Shown in pieces: positions 8,430 through 18,235 of a DNA stretch of 43,401 nucleotides (within the stretch, counting starts at the first letter, position 1; each line of letters starts with the position of its first letter). The translations under genes were made by a program, and so were the position numbers. Where the stretch lies: NCBI GenBank assembly GCA_046861395.1, contig JBHHUC010000012.1:1-43401 (forward strand). The letters are read 5' to 3'. The notes below the pieces were generated by a model that saw only the letters and a program-made list of their open reading frames with translations, ran no database searches and was not told the origin of the DNA. Source of the stretch: Fidelibacterota bacterium. GTDB lineage: Bacteria > Fidelibacterota > Marinisomatia > Marinisomatales > JABMOV01.

Positions 8430-9499
8430 TAGGCGGTCTCCCTGTGATACAATTGTTTTACCCGATTTAACACTTCCTCCGGCTGGGGGATCACGCCGCC
8501 CATGCGGCCATAGAAATAAACGGGAACCCTGCCGTTGACGGACAAGCGTACATCTTCCACCATCTGTCCCGAATTCATTTCCACCACCAGAACACTTTCC
8601 ACCTGTTCCGCCAGGGCTGCGATGGCTTCAGCGGGAAAAGGAAAGAGTGTCTGGGGCCGCAACAGTCCCAGGCGCAACCCCTCGTCCCGGGCCATTTCAA
8701 CCGTTTTGTGGGCAATGCGGGATGTGAGTCCGAAAGCCACAATTAGAAAATCAGCATCATCGGTCGCCACTGTTTCATACCGTACTTCATTCTGAATAAT
8801 AGACCGGTATTTTTCCTGGAGCCGGAGATTGATTCCTTCCATGGCTGCGGCTTCCAGGTTGAGGGTTGTGATCACATGCTGTTTTTGTCCCTGTCTTTTT
8901 CCCTGCGTGGCCCAGGAAGAATGATCCGCTTTATGTTCAGTGACGTCGTAGTCGGGAAAGACCACCGGCTCCATCATTTGTCCCAGGGCACCATCGGCCA
9001 GAATGAGGACAGGATTACGGTAGGTATCGGCCAGATCAAACCCCAGGAAGGCAAAATCAGCCATTTCCTGGACACTGTTAGGTGCCAGAACAATGAGACG
9101 GTAATCCCCATGGCCGCCGCCCTTTACAGCCTGAAAATAGTCTCCCTGCGAGGGTTGAATGGTTCCAAGTCCGGGACCGCCTCGTACGACATTGACCAGC
9201 AGGCACGGCAGTTCGGCGCAGGCGATATAGGATACGCCTTCCTGCATGAGACTGAATCCGGGACTGCTGGTGCTGGTCATGACCCGTTCGCCGGTTCCGG
9301 CCGCGCCATAAACCATATTGATGGCAGCGACTTCGGATTCGGCCTGAATGAAAACACCTCCGCGTTTGTGGAGGTGACGTGAAATGTATTCCAGGAGTTC
9401 GGATTGCGGTGTGATGGGGTAGCCGAAATATCCTTTCAGGCCGGCCCGGATCGCCGCTTCCGCCAGGGCCTCATTGCCCTTCATTAATACTTTATTCAT
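8429..9499 (-). CDS. vorB: 2-oxoacid:ferredoxin oxidoreductase alpha subunit (3-methyl-2-oxobutanoate dehydrogenase VorB-like)
   Basis: MKGNEA, GYPITPQSE, QAESE, TSTSSPGFSLMQE, RGGPGLG, GGGHGDY, VEMNSGQM. Confidence 0.9.
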   Translation of the reverse strand: MNKVLMKGNEALAEAAIRAGLKGYFGYPITPQSELLEYISRHLHKRGGVFIQAESEVAAINMVYGAAGTGERVMTSTSSPGFSLMQEGVSYIACAELPCLLVNVVRGGPGLGTIQPSQGDYFQAVKGGGHGDYRLIVLAPNSVQEMADFAFLGFDLADTYRNPVLILADGALGQMMEPVVFPDYDVTEHKADHSSWATQGKRQGQKQHVITTLNLEAAAMEGINLRLQEKYRSIIQNEVRYETVATDDADFLIVAFGLTSRIAHKTVEMARDEGLRLGLLRPQTLFPFPAEAIAALAEQVESVLVVEMNSGQMVEDVRLSVNGRVPVYFYGRMGGVIPQPEEVLNRVKQLYHRETA

Positions 9500-9506
9500 T
9501 TTATCC

Positions 9507-9797
9507 TCAGGAAAGTGTTACAGTGATATTATCCTTTACATCGGAAATCACAGCCACTTTCTCTTTATTCTTCTTTGCTTTGTTTTCCCTGTAGACCGTA
9601 ATGACCGCTTCGGGACAAACCAGGGCACAATTGGTACAGCCGGTACAGACATCTTCAATCAGGACGGCATAATGATACCCTTTATGATTGAGGTTTTTCG
9701 ACATCGCCATCCCGTCCTGTGGGCATTCCACCGTACAAAGTTCACACCCTTTGCACTCATCAATGTTAATCGTTATGTGTCCGCGTGTTTTTGCCAT
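9507..9797 (-). CDS. 2[4Fe-4S] ferredoxin, oxidoreductase delta subunit
   Basis: Two CxxCxxCxxxCP motifs (CKGCELCTVECP, CTGCTNCALVCP); first gene of the operon. Confidence 0.92.
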   Translation of the reverse strand: MAKTRGHITINIDECKGCELCTVECPQDGMAMSKNLNHKGYHYAVLIEDVCTGCTNCALVCPEAVITVYRENKAKKNKEKVAVISDVKDNITVTLS

Positions 9798-10304
9798 GTA
9801 TTACCTATAATCGGATATGAAAATCTTATATAAAAAGTTACAGTAAAATAGGGATATAATACAATTGATCCTCAACTCCTGAATGCAGAGTTGTTACTGC
9901 TTTTGACTTCGTCGGGGAAGGATATAAAAAGTTCTTCGATATAATGGTATTGTGGTTGAAATCCTATTCTATCCGATGGAATGTTCATCCGTCTTTTCCC
10001 ATTGAGCTAATTGGGTCGACACTTTATGATTATTGCGAAATGGTTTACATGTCAACAAACCATTTTTATGATGCCGGAGAGTTAAGATGATATTAGAATA
10101 TTTAATACATTGTTAAGGGGAATTTTAGTACACATCATTTCATCATATTTGATGAATTCCAACCGCAAAGATAATATTTCTATATGTTATGAATCGTCGA
10201 AATAGTAGAATTCAGTATAATTGTTCGTCTGCCCGCTTTTAAACTATAAATGTACGACGAGTCTTGATGTCTTGTATCATTGTGTTTTGTTTCAATAAAT
10301 CTCT

Positions 10305-10898
10305 TTATACAAATTGCTGGAAAATGTCATTGACCTGTTTTTTTAGGTGTTCTTCATCCTTGTCATTATTGATGACATAATCGGCCAGGTTGATTTTATC
10401 TTCGTCCCGCCATTGCAAATCCATACGACGCTGGATTTCATCCCGGTTCAGTTTTCCCCGGGCCAAGGCCCGGCTCATCCGAACGGCCAGCGGTGCCGTG
10501 ACGACGACGGTATAGTCCAGATGGGCATCCAGCCCTGATTCGTAAATCAAGGCTCCGTCAACCACAAAAACAACGTGCTTACCCTCTTTTAGGACAGCTT
10601 CATAGCGGGAATCAATGGCTTCAAAAATATAGGGATGAATCACGGCATTCAGACGCATTTGATGGTCTTCATCCTGAAAAGCCACCCGGGCTAATTTCTG
10701 CCGGTTAATCGTATTATCGGCGTTGAGGATATCGGAGCCGAATTCATCAATCAATTCATTTTGAACTTCAACATTGCTTTCCAGCAACTCTTTTGCCACT
10801 TTATCGGCGTCAAGGACATAACAGCCCAGCTCCTTAATAAATCCACTGGCGATGCTTTTACCGCTTCCCAAGCCCCCGGTGATTCCGATTCTTAACAT
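10305..10898 (-). CDS. coaE: Dephospho-CoA kinase
   Basis: IGITGGLGSGKS, DAD, INRQKLA, LNAVIHP, ADYVINN. Confidence 0.95.
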   Translation of the reverse strand: MLRIGITGGLGSGKSIASGFIKELGCYVLDADKVAKELLESNVEVQNELIDEFGSDILNADNTINRQKLARVAFQDEDHQMRLNAVIHPYIFEAIDSRYEAVLKEGKHVVFVVDGALIYESGLDAHLDYTVVVTAPLAVRMSRALARGKLNRDEIQRRMDLQWRDEDKINLADYVINNDKDEEHLKKQVNDIFQQFV

Positions 10899-11461
10899 AA
10901 TGTATCCATGATCTCTACAATTCTCTGAAAAACGTTGTCAATGGTTCCCTGACCATCCACTTCCCGCAGAATACCCTGTTCCCGGTAAAATTCCAGCAAG
11001 GGCGCCGTCTGAGTCCAGTACACTTTCTGTCGGTCCCGGATTACGTCCGGGGTATCATCGCTGCGGCCGGAATTTTTTCCCCGTAGTACCAGTCGGTTAA
11101 CAAGTTCATCTTCATTGGCGGACAGACTGATAACCATGTCAAGGGTCGTGTTTAGGTGGCTGAGAATGGTATTCAGGCCCACGGCCTGGGGAATGGTGCG
11201 GGGAAAGCCGTCCAAAAGATATCCGTTGTCGCAGTCCGGCTGTTGTAGGCGTTGTTCCATCAATTCCAGTAATAATTTATCCGGGACCAGTTGCCCCTTA
11301 TCGATATAGACCTTGGCCTGGTTGCCCAACGTAGTCCGCCGTTGAATTTCCCGGCGCAAGATTTCCCCCGTGGATAAATGAATGATATGATACCGGGCTT
11401 CCATGAGAGAAGCTTGGGTGCCTTTACCCGCCCCCGGGGGACCGATCAACACGATGCGCAT
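10892..11461 (-). CDS. adk: Adenylate kinase (short-LID type)
   Basis: GPPGAGKGTQA, HLSTGEILR, GQLVPD, LDGFPRT, GRSDD; start set to ATG 11461 with GGAGA SD. Confidence 0.95.
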   Translation of the reverse strand: MRIVLIGPPGAGKGTQASLMEARYHIIHLSTGEILRREIQRRTTLGNQAKVYIDKGQLVPDKLLLELMEQRLQQPDCDNGYLLDGFPRTIPQAVGLNTILSHLNTTLDMVISLSANEDELVNRLVLRGKNSGRSDDTPDVIRDRQKVYWTQTAPLLEFYREQGILREVDGQGTIDNVFQRIVEIMDTLC

Positions 11462-11477
11462 TGAATAATCTCCGTCA

Positions 11478-12692
11478 TTAAATGATGATTCCGGCAATAG
11501 AAGCTGTTAACCATGAAGCAAGCGCCCCTCCGATCATTGCTTTCAACCCCAGCCGGGCCAAATCTTTGCGGCGACTGGGCGCGATTCCGCCGATACCACC
11601 CATCTGAATACCGATCGATGCAAAATTGGCAAACCCGCAAAGGGCGTAACTGGCAATCGTAGCGGTACGAGTTGATAACAATTGCTCGGTGCGTAAATTA
11701 CTCAAGTCGGCATAGGCAATCAATTCTGTGAGAACAATTTTTTCACCCATCAGCGTGCCCAGTAAAGGGGCTTCCTTCCAGGGCGCGCCCATGCACCAAG
11801 CCAGGGGACTGAACACCCAGCCAAATATTTTTTCCAGGGATAATCCTGCCAGGCCTAGAACGGAATTGATCAGTGCTACAATGGCGACGAAGGCGATGAG
11901 CATGGCACCTACATTGGCGGCCAGCTTCAAGCCGTCGGTGGCGCCGGTGGCCAGGGCTTCCATGGAATTATCCGAAGTGGTTTCCACATTGATATTCAGA
12001 TCGCCGGCCGTCTGGGATACTTCGGTTTCGGGATAAATGATTTTGGCTATTACCATAGCGGCCGGGGCACTCATGATAGAGGCCGCCATGAGATGACCGG
12101 CTATATTGGGGATATCGGACAGCATTTTTACATAGATTGCCATTACGCCGCCAGCAACGGTGGCAAATCCGCCGGTCATTACAGCCATCAGTTCCGATTT
12201 TGTCATGGTAGCCACAAAGGGCCGGATCAGCAGCGGAGCTTCGGTCTGACCAACGAAAATATTGGCCGAGACACTGAGGGTTTCGGAGCCGCTGGTTTTT
12301 AGTGTGTTCTGCATGATCCGGGCCACACCCTTGACAACTATCTGCATCCAACCCAGATGATAAAAGACAGCCATGAGGGAAGAAAAGAAAATGATAGTGG
12401 GCAGGACACGAAAAGCAAAATTCAGTAGTGGCGGTTCTACTGTGCCATAGCGAAATGATTTAAACAGGAAATCACTGCCGGCATCGGAAAAACTCAGCAA
12501 TTTATTGACCACTGTGTTGATGACACTGAAGAAGGGCTGTCCGAAAGGCGTCTTTAAAATAAGCAGGGCAAACAGTATCTGTAGCGATAGCCCCCACACC
12601 ACCAGGCGAAGATCAATGGCCTTGCGGTTCATGGACAAACCATACGCGATAGCCAGTAAAATCAGAATACCCAAAAGTCCTTGAAAGTGCAT
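11478..12692 (-). CDS. nupC: Concentrative nucleoside transporter (NupC/CNT family)
   Basis: NIFVGQTEAP, GGFATVAG, ALCGFANFASIGI; start at ATG 12692, 7 nt after GGAGG (ATG 12698 is the alternative). Confidence 0.93.
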   Translation of the reverse strand: MHFQGLLGILILLAIAYGLSMNRKAIDLRLVVWGLSLQILFALLILKTPFGQPFFSVINTVVNKLLSFSDAGSDFLFKSFRYGTVEPPLLNFAFRVLPTIIFFSSLMAVFYHLGWMQIVVKGVARIMQNTLKTSGSETLSVSANIFVGQTEAPLLIRPFVATMTKSELMAVMTGGFATVAGGVMAIYVKMLSDIPNIAGHLMAASIMSAPAAMVIAKIIYPETEVSQTAGDLNINVETTSDNSMEALATGATDGLKLAANVGAMLIAFVAIVALINSVLGLAGLSLEKIFGWVFSPLAWCMGAPWKEAPLLGTLMGEKIVLTELIAYADLSNLRTEQLLSTRTATIASYALCGFANFASIGIQMGGIGGIAPSRRKDLARLGLKAMIGGALASWLTASIAGIII

Positions 12693-12694
12693 GG

Positions 12695-13255
12695 TCATTC
12701 CTCCGGTGGTTGGTAGCAATCGCGGCAGCGTGCTTCGTATTTATCCGTTTCGCCCAATACAATTCGGTTACGATCGGACGATGTACGCTGCGTGTAAGTG
12801 GCAGGGTTGCCGCATTTAACACAAATGGCCCGCAGCTTGGTGAGATAGTCCGCTTCACACATGATGTGGGGCATGGGACCGAACGGTTCACCACGGTAAT
12901 CCGTATCCAGTCCGGCAACAATGACCCGTTTTTTGTTCCTGGCCAGCTGTTTACATACGGCAACCAGGGATTCGTTAAAGAATTGTGCTTCATCGATACC
13001 GATCACGTCAGCCGTTTCCGCCCGGGTAATAATTTCTTCCGGATTTTCCACCAGGAAGGATGGCATTTTCAACTGATTGTGTGAAACGATATGTTCGCTG
13101 CTGTACCGGGTATCCAACCGGGGTTTGAAAATCGCCAGATCCATATTGGCAATCTGGGCCCGGCGCAAACGCCGCATTAATTCTTCCGTTTTACCGCTGA
13201 ACATACTGCCGCAAATGACTTCGATCCAGCCAGCATTGCTTGGGGTAAGATTCAT
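12695..13255 (-). CDS. tdk: Thymidine kinase
   Basis: GSMFSGKT, IDEAQF, AGLDTDY, zinc ligands CVKC and CRDC. Confidence 0.96.
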   Translation of the reverse strand: MNLTPSNAGWIEVICGSMFSGKTEELMRRLRRAQIANMDLAIFKPRLDTRYSSEHIVSHNQLKMPSFLVENPEEIITRAETADVIGIDEAQFFNESLVAVCKQLARNKKRVIVAGLDTDYRGEPFGPMPHIMCEADYLTKLRAICVKCGNPATYTQRTSSDRNRIVLGETDKYEARCRDCYQPPEE

Positions 13256-13884
13256 GAGTGATGACCTAAAATTGATTTTATTTTGGTGCGTACCAGGTCG
13301 ATGGCGACTGAATTTTCGCCCCCTTCCGGTACAATGATATCGGCGAAATATTTTGTGGGTTCAACGAATTCATCGTGCATCAGCCGGACGGTATGCAGGT
13401 ATTGATCAATGACGGACTGCATGGATCGTCCCCGTTCCCGCATATCCCGGGTCAGGCGACGGATAAAACGAATATCAGGCGGTGTATCCACAAAAATTTT
13501 AATATCCATCAACTTGCGCAGGGCAGATGACTGTAGTACAAGAATCCCTTCCAGCACCACAGCCCGCGGCGGATGAATGGTACGTGTTTCATGACTCCGG
13601 GTATGCGTCGCGAAATTATAAATGGGTGATGCAATGGTCTGTCCCTGCAACAATAAATCCATTTGATGTACAAGATGTTCAAAATCAATGGCGTCCGGGT
13701 GATCAAAATTCTGCTCGGCACGCTCTTCCTGACTCAGGTGAGCCAGATCGCGATAATAGGCATCCTGTTCGATTACAACTACATCGCCGGGTCGGAATTC
13801 ATGGAGAATATTTTTAGCCACGGACGTTTTTCCCGATCCCGTGCCCCCGGCAATACCGATTAATATGGGTCGTTTTGTTTTCAT
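13252..13884 (-). CDS. udk: Uridine kinase
   Basis: GIAGGTGSGKT, QDAYY, NFDHPDA, RFIRRLTRD, ERGRS. Confidence 0.95.
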   Translation of the reverse strand: MKTKRPILIGIAGGTGSGKTSVAKNILHEFRPGDVVVIEQDAYYRDLAHLSQEERAEQNFDHPDAIDFEHLVHQMDLLLQGQTIASPIYNFATHTRSHETRTIHPPRAVVLEGILVLQSSALRKLMDIKIFVDTPPDIRFIRRLTRDMRERGRSMQSVIDQYLHTVRLMHDEFVEPTKYFADIIVPEGGENSVAIDLVRTKIKSILGHHS

Positions 13885-14265
13885 CTATGTCAGGTCAGAG
13901 TCATCAAAGGCTTCGGGAAGGAGGGCGGCCGATGATGTTGTGGCGACCAAGGCATCGTTTTTTATGATATAAACCGGAATGTCACCGCACAATTCCCAGA
14001 TCACCTGGCGGCAGGCCCCGCAAGGATAGCCCCCGGAGTCGGTAGCGACGGCCAGAGCCTGAAAGGACTCGTGGCCCTGCGCAATGGCGCGAAACAAGGC
14101 CACACGTTCGGCGCAGCAAGTCAGACTGTAGCTGCTGGATTCCACATTACACCCACCGATAATTTGTCCGTCAGTTGTCAGAACGGCGGCTCCGACTGTA
14201 AACCGGGAATAGGGTGCCCGCGCCCGGGAACGCATGTGAATTGCATTGTCGATTAATTCCTGCAT
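13885..14265 (-). CDS. cdd: Cytidine deaminase (homotetrameric type)
   Basis: APYSRFTVGAA, GCNVE, CAER, PCGACRQ; start set to ATG 14265, just after the rhomboid stop. Confidence 0.95.
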   Translation of the reverse strand: MQELIDNAIHMRSRARAPYSRFTVGAAVLTTDGQIIGGCNVESSSYSLTCCAERVALFRAIAQGHESFQALAVATDSGGYPCGACRQVIWELCGDIPVYIIKNDALVATTSSAALLPEAFDDSDLT

Positions 14266-14266
14266 T

Positions 14267-15010
14267 TTACATCCGTATGATTCGAATATTTTGGGACAGT
14301 CTAATAAATGCGATTCCGGCCAGAAAACCTCCGATATGAGCAAACCAGGCCACTCCGCCGTTGGTATTCAAACCCAGGGAGCCGAGACCGTTGGTGAGCT
14401 GTTCCAGAAACCAGATCCCAATAACAACGAAAGCCGGGACTTGAATCGTGGTAATAAAAATGAACAGAAAGATAAAAACATGGATGCGGGCATGGGGATA
14501 CCGCAGGAGATAGGCGGCCAATACCCCGGATACAGCTCCGCTGGCACCGATCATGGGTACGATGGAATGAACATCGATCACGATTTGGCTGAGACCGGCC
14601 GCTAGTCCGCAAACGATATAGAAAATGGAATAACGGACATGACCCAGGGCGCTTTCCACATTATCGCCGAAAATCCACAGGAACCACATATTGCCGATAA
14701 TATGAGCCAGCCCGCCGTGAATGAACATGGATGTAAAAATCGTGAGGAAAGGACTGTGGGGACGGGCGATATCCATTAATTGATTCACGGCCGTATAACC
14801 GAATGGTTGCGCAAAGGCATAAACGATTTCTTCACCCGGAATGCCGGTGACTGTGGCCGGAATCAAACCGTAGGAAAGAGTAAAGGCCAGGTCCTGTAAA
14901 TCATTGAGTCCAACCTGAAAAAAGAAAACAAGGGCATTGATGCCAATAATCCCGTAGGTGACAAAGGGCGTGAGTATATGCGGATTATCGTCTCTGTAGG
15001 GAAAAAACAT
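14267..15010 (-). CDS. Rhomboid-family intramembrane serine protease
   Basis: FIHGGLAHIIGNM, GASG (catalytic Ser), AHIGG (catalytic His). Confidence 0.93.
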   Translation of the reverse strand: MFFPYRDDNPHILTPFVTYGIIGINALVFFFQVGLNDLQDLAFTLSYGLIPATVTGIPGEEIVYAFAQPFGYTAVNQLMDIARPHSPFLTIFTSMFIHGGLAHIIGNMWFLWIFGDNVESALGHVRYSIFYIVCGLAAGLSQIVIDVHSIVPMIGASGAVSGVLAAYLLRYPHARIHVFIFLFIFITTIQVPAFVVIGIWFLEQLTNGLGSLGLNTNGGVAWFAHIGGFLAGIAFIRLSQNIRIIRM

Positions 15011-15018
15011 TTCAGGGG

Positions 15019-15047
15019 AAATTAGGGGTGGGATTCGGGCGGATAAA
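15019..15047 (-). promoter_or_regulatory. Putative promoter of the rhomboid/salvage operon (near-leaderless)
   Basis: Minus strand TTTATC-N17-TAATTT, 8 nt before ATG 15010; identical hexamers and spacing occur before arsC. Confidence 0.45.
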
Positions 15048-15068
15048 ACACATGAAATGCGTTCGGTG

Positions 15069-17330
15069 TCAATTTATGGAAAAAGAAATGGATTTCTCCC
15101 GGGAATTACCGGCGTTGTCTGCGGCCCGTGCCCGGATGGTGTGTTCACCGGCATTCAAGGGAATCGGCAGGCGATAGGAAAATTCCTGTTCCACCGGTTG
15201 ATAAGCAGGATAAACCCGTTCATCATCAATGAATAATTGAATGGAGGCTTCATTGGATGCGATGCCGGAACAATCATCCGAGATCACAAAGCGCAAAATT
15301 TCCACATCCTGATACTGATAATAACCTCCTTCGGCGGGAAAAGAGGAAATGAAAACAGGAGGCGTGGTGTCCTGAATGATGGTAACGGCATCCAGGGCGG
15401 AAAGAGAAGCCAGAATTACCCGCCGTTTCGGGCGATTCCAGGAGGGAAGATATTCCCAGGCCGCGTCGTCGGGATCATAGGCATAGATGCCGATTCCCGG
15501 TTCGAAGGCGATTTCATCCCGGTACTTGATGCCTACCTGTACTGTATCACGCAAGGTCAGGGTGAAGGGCTGGAGTTGATAGACCGGTGAGAGTTGCCGT
15601 CCTTGCTCAACCGGAGCCGAAATCTCAACTTTCTCAATCCAAACGGCAGCAGTATCATAGAGTGATGTTTTGGGAATTCGCATGGAACATTGACGATCGG
15701 CGGACAGTGCCGTAGCCGCCTTGCCGGGTACGGACAGGGTTGGTGTCCAGGGGAAATGGGTTATGGTTTCAATGCCATCCGGTGAGTCGGGTTTTACCTT
15801 GACCGTCACTCGTTGTACTGATTCCAGCAGTGCCGGATCCAGTAATGATGAAAGATAAACCGCCGGTTGGATGTGGAGGAGCGGGATGGTGGTAAGATAG
15901 GCGGCCTTTTCCAGAATCAATTCCGGATCGGCGGGAAGTATGTCATTGAAGGACACTTGTAGAAAAACGCCATCCTGAATGTCCAGCACATCGAAGTCCG
16001 GCCGAATAGTGACGTGATCGATGATCAGGTCGGGAGCGGTCCAGTGTGCCGGTTGGGAAAAAGCCCCGAAATGATTAATCCCGAAGACCTGCAGTGCTTT
16101 TCCTCGCAACGCCTTGACCGGCAGGGAAAAACGTGTTGTCTTGCCCTTGATTTCTTCGATGACGGGTTGCAGTTCTTCTTCCGGTGTTCCGTGACGGTTG
16201 AAGGTATAGACCACGATGGTAGAATAAGGAAACCGACTGATTTCCGGTTCCATGGAAAAGACATACCGGTCAGGCCCGGACAGTTCCGCCTGCAACACGA
16301 CCGGTTCGGTGGGACCGGAGAAAATTACACCCTCCAGTCGGGATACATTATCATTGGTATCGGTGGCCTTGATGACCAGGGTATGAAAGCCGGGCATGGG
16401 TTTCAGCCAGCCCCGGTAACCGGGTTTTTCCACCGGCAGCGGCGGATCATTGTCGCCCTTGTACAGGGCATGAAAGCCACCTTCCTTCATTCGGGCAAGG
16501 TATCCGCTGTAAGCCAGATTGACCAGACCCGTTTCAGCGTAACTGATTTGATCGTAGGTATGGGAAAAATATTCCTTATCATCCACCCGTAATTGCAGGG
16601 ATTTTACCTGGTAAATATTGGTTTCTCCTTCCCGACGATCGACTACATTGACGGCAATTTTCACCTGTCCCGTAATATGGATTGTGTCGGGGAGCAAATA
16701 GGTGCCGGAACGGTCCCGGAAGAGGGGAAAAATCTGCGGCAGGGGACTCCCGTTCACCCGGGATTCGGGTCCGGAGGGTATAAAGGCAATCTTCCGGAAA
16801 ACGGGGGAACGATGATCCGAATAGGACAGGCCGTGGGTCAAGGGATTCAGGGGAACATCATCAAGGGTCCTGATTTCGAAGTGCAGGTGAGGACCGGAAG
16901 AGGAACCGGAATTCCCGGAATAACCCAGTAATTCCCCCTTTTTAACGGGGAATTCATATTGGGTGAAATAGTTGGTTATAAAGAAAGATTCCTTTTTTTG
17001 CTGATAGATGTGAAGGACAGGTTCAAAGCGTGGACTGAAACGATCGAGATGGGCATATACGACAATATTTCCCTGCTGGGTGGTAAGATACAGGGCCCGT
17101 CCATATCCGTTGAAATTGGTCACCATTCGTGACAGGTAGCCGTCATCGACGGCATAAACGGGGTGACCTTCTTCGCCATTGGTCTTGATGTCGAGCCCCA
17201 TGTGAAAGTGCGTTTCGCGGAATTCGCCGAAATTTGATGTCAGGGATGTTCCGGTTTCCATGGGCCAGTCGTAGTGCTGGGCAAGCAACCAGGCGGAGAG
17301 CAAGCTAATTATACCGAAGGAAAATTTCAT
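15069..17330 (-). CDS. Secreted M23-family metallopeptidase with C-terminal Ig-like domains
   Basis: Signal peptide; HMGLD (HxxxD), YAHL, GNSGSSSGPHLHFE (HxH); C-terminal DTTPP...GEHTIRARAADNAGN. Confidence 0.88.
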   Translation of the reverse strand: MKFSFGIISLLSAWLLAQHYDWPMETGTSLTSNFGEFRETHFHMGLDIKTNGEEGHPVYAVDDGYLSRMVTNFNGYGRALYLTTQQGNIVVYAHLDRFSPRFEPVLHIYQQKKESFFITNYFTQYEFPVKKGELLGYSGNSGSSSGPHLHFEIRTLDDVPLNPLTHGLSYSDHRSPVFRKIAFIPSGPESRVNGSPLPQIFPLFRDRSGTYLLPDTIHITGQVKIAVNVVDRREGETNIYQVKSLQLRVDDKEYFSHTYDQISYAETGLVNLAYSGYLARMKEGGFHALYKGDNDPPLPVEKPGYRGWLKPMPGFHTLVIKATDTNDNVSRLEGVIFSGPTEPVVLQAELSGPDRYVFSMEPEISRFPYSTIVVYTFNRHGTPEEELQPVIEEIKGKTTRFSLPVKALRGKALQVFGINHFGAFSQPAHWTAPDLIIDHVTIRPDFDVLDIQDGVFLQVSFNDILPADPELILEKAAYLTTIPLLHIQPAVYLSSLLDPALLESVQRVTVKVKPDSPDGIETITHFPWTPTLSVPGKAATALSADRQCSMRIPKTSLYDTAAVWIEKVEISAPVEQGRQLSPVYQLQPFTLTLRDTVQVGIKYRDEIAFEPGIGIYAYDPDDAAWEYLPSWNRPKRRVILASLSALDAVTIIQDTTPPVFISSFPAEGGYYQYQDVEILRFVISDDCSGIASNEASIQLFIDDERVYPAYQPVEQEFSYRLPIPLNAGEHTIRARAADNAGNSREKSISFSIN

Positions 17331-17385
17331 GATTACGTGTAAAAACGGGGAATCAATTTATCTTAAAAGAGATTCCCCGAAAAGG

Positions 17386-17409
17386 AAAAGGCTTCTGGTG
17401 AAGCCTTTT
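17386..17409 (-). terminator. Intrinsic terminator after the PDZ gene (symmetric, potentially bidirectional)
   Basis: AAAAGGCTTC-TGGT-GAAGCCTTTT, 20 nt beyond the stop at 17430. Confidence 0.75.
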
Positions 17410-17429
17410 ATTATGATTGGGATATGAAT

Positions 17430-18209
17430 TCAGTTTTTCAACTGGTCCATTTCTTCACGGAGGGCCCGGATTTCCTGCCTCAGCTGTTCCAGGTCTTCCC
17501 GCAAATCATCATCCCCCTGGAAATAGAGCCAGTCCTTATCATCATCCATTTTCCAGGTGAAGGGAAAATCGTCCATCATGGGAATCATGTGTTTACGGGA
17601 CATGAAGGCCAGGGCCGGTCGTTCCATCTCACCCAGGGTAACCTGACGTGATTTTTCTTTCCCTTTTCGGATGATTGTCAGTGTGATTTTTTCCTCCGGT
17701 TCATACTGGCGGATGGTCCGGGACAGGTCTCGGGCAGTTGCAATGTCTTTGTCATTCACGGCAACGATCACATCGCCGGCCTTGATTCCCGATGCTTCCG
17801 CCGGACTGTCCTCTAACACTTCCGCCACCAATACACCCCGGTCATCCTTGACATTGAAATATTTCCTCAACTGGGGTGTCAGATCACTGAGCTGTACCCC
17901 CAGAAAGCCCTGCGATTCCGTTCTCCATTGAAAGGGATCTTGGCCATCATCGGAAAAGACATCAATATCCACATCCATTTCGGCCAGCATATTTTCCAGG
18001 GCGGACATGGCTTCTTCATCATTCAAATTGGCGGCGAATGTTTTTTCTTCACCGTCCACATTGACGGTGACGGTTACCATATCATTCTGGATGGATACAT
18101 TCACGTCCTTGACCGATTCACTGTCCTGAATTTTGGTAACGATTACCTGTTTATTCTGCGGGAAGGCCAGTCCCGCCAAAAGGCCTAACAGAAGAAGAAT
18201 CCGTTTCAT
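17430..18209 (-). CDS. Periplasmic single-PDZ-domain protein without a protease domain
   Basis: Signal peptide; HtrA-like PDZ (GFLGVQL...GVLVAEVLEDSPAEASGIKAGDVI); C-terminal coiled coil; SD AGGAG. Confidence 0.85.
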   Translation of the reverse strand: MKRILLLLGLLAGLAFPQNKQVIVTKIQDSESVKDVNVSIQNDMVTVTVNVDGEEKTFAANLNDEEAMSALENMLAEMDVDIDVFSDDGQDPFQWRTESQGFLGVQLSDLTPQLRKYFNVKDDRGVLVAEVLEDSPAEASGIKAGDVIVAVNDKDIATARDLSRTIRQYEPEEKITLTIIRKGKEKSRQVTLGEMERPALAFMSRKHMIPMMDDFPFTWKMDDDKDWLYFQGDDDLREDLEQLRQEIRALREEMDQLKN

Positions 18210-18235
18210 AATAAGCTCCTGTTTTTGCCATTACA

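Noticed and set aside
9872..9988. 38-aa minus-strand ORF (MNIPSDRIGF...) as an attenuator leader peptide of the vor operon
   Set aside because: No run of Leu/Ile/Val codons, weak SD and no terminator/antiterminator pair seen.
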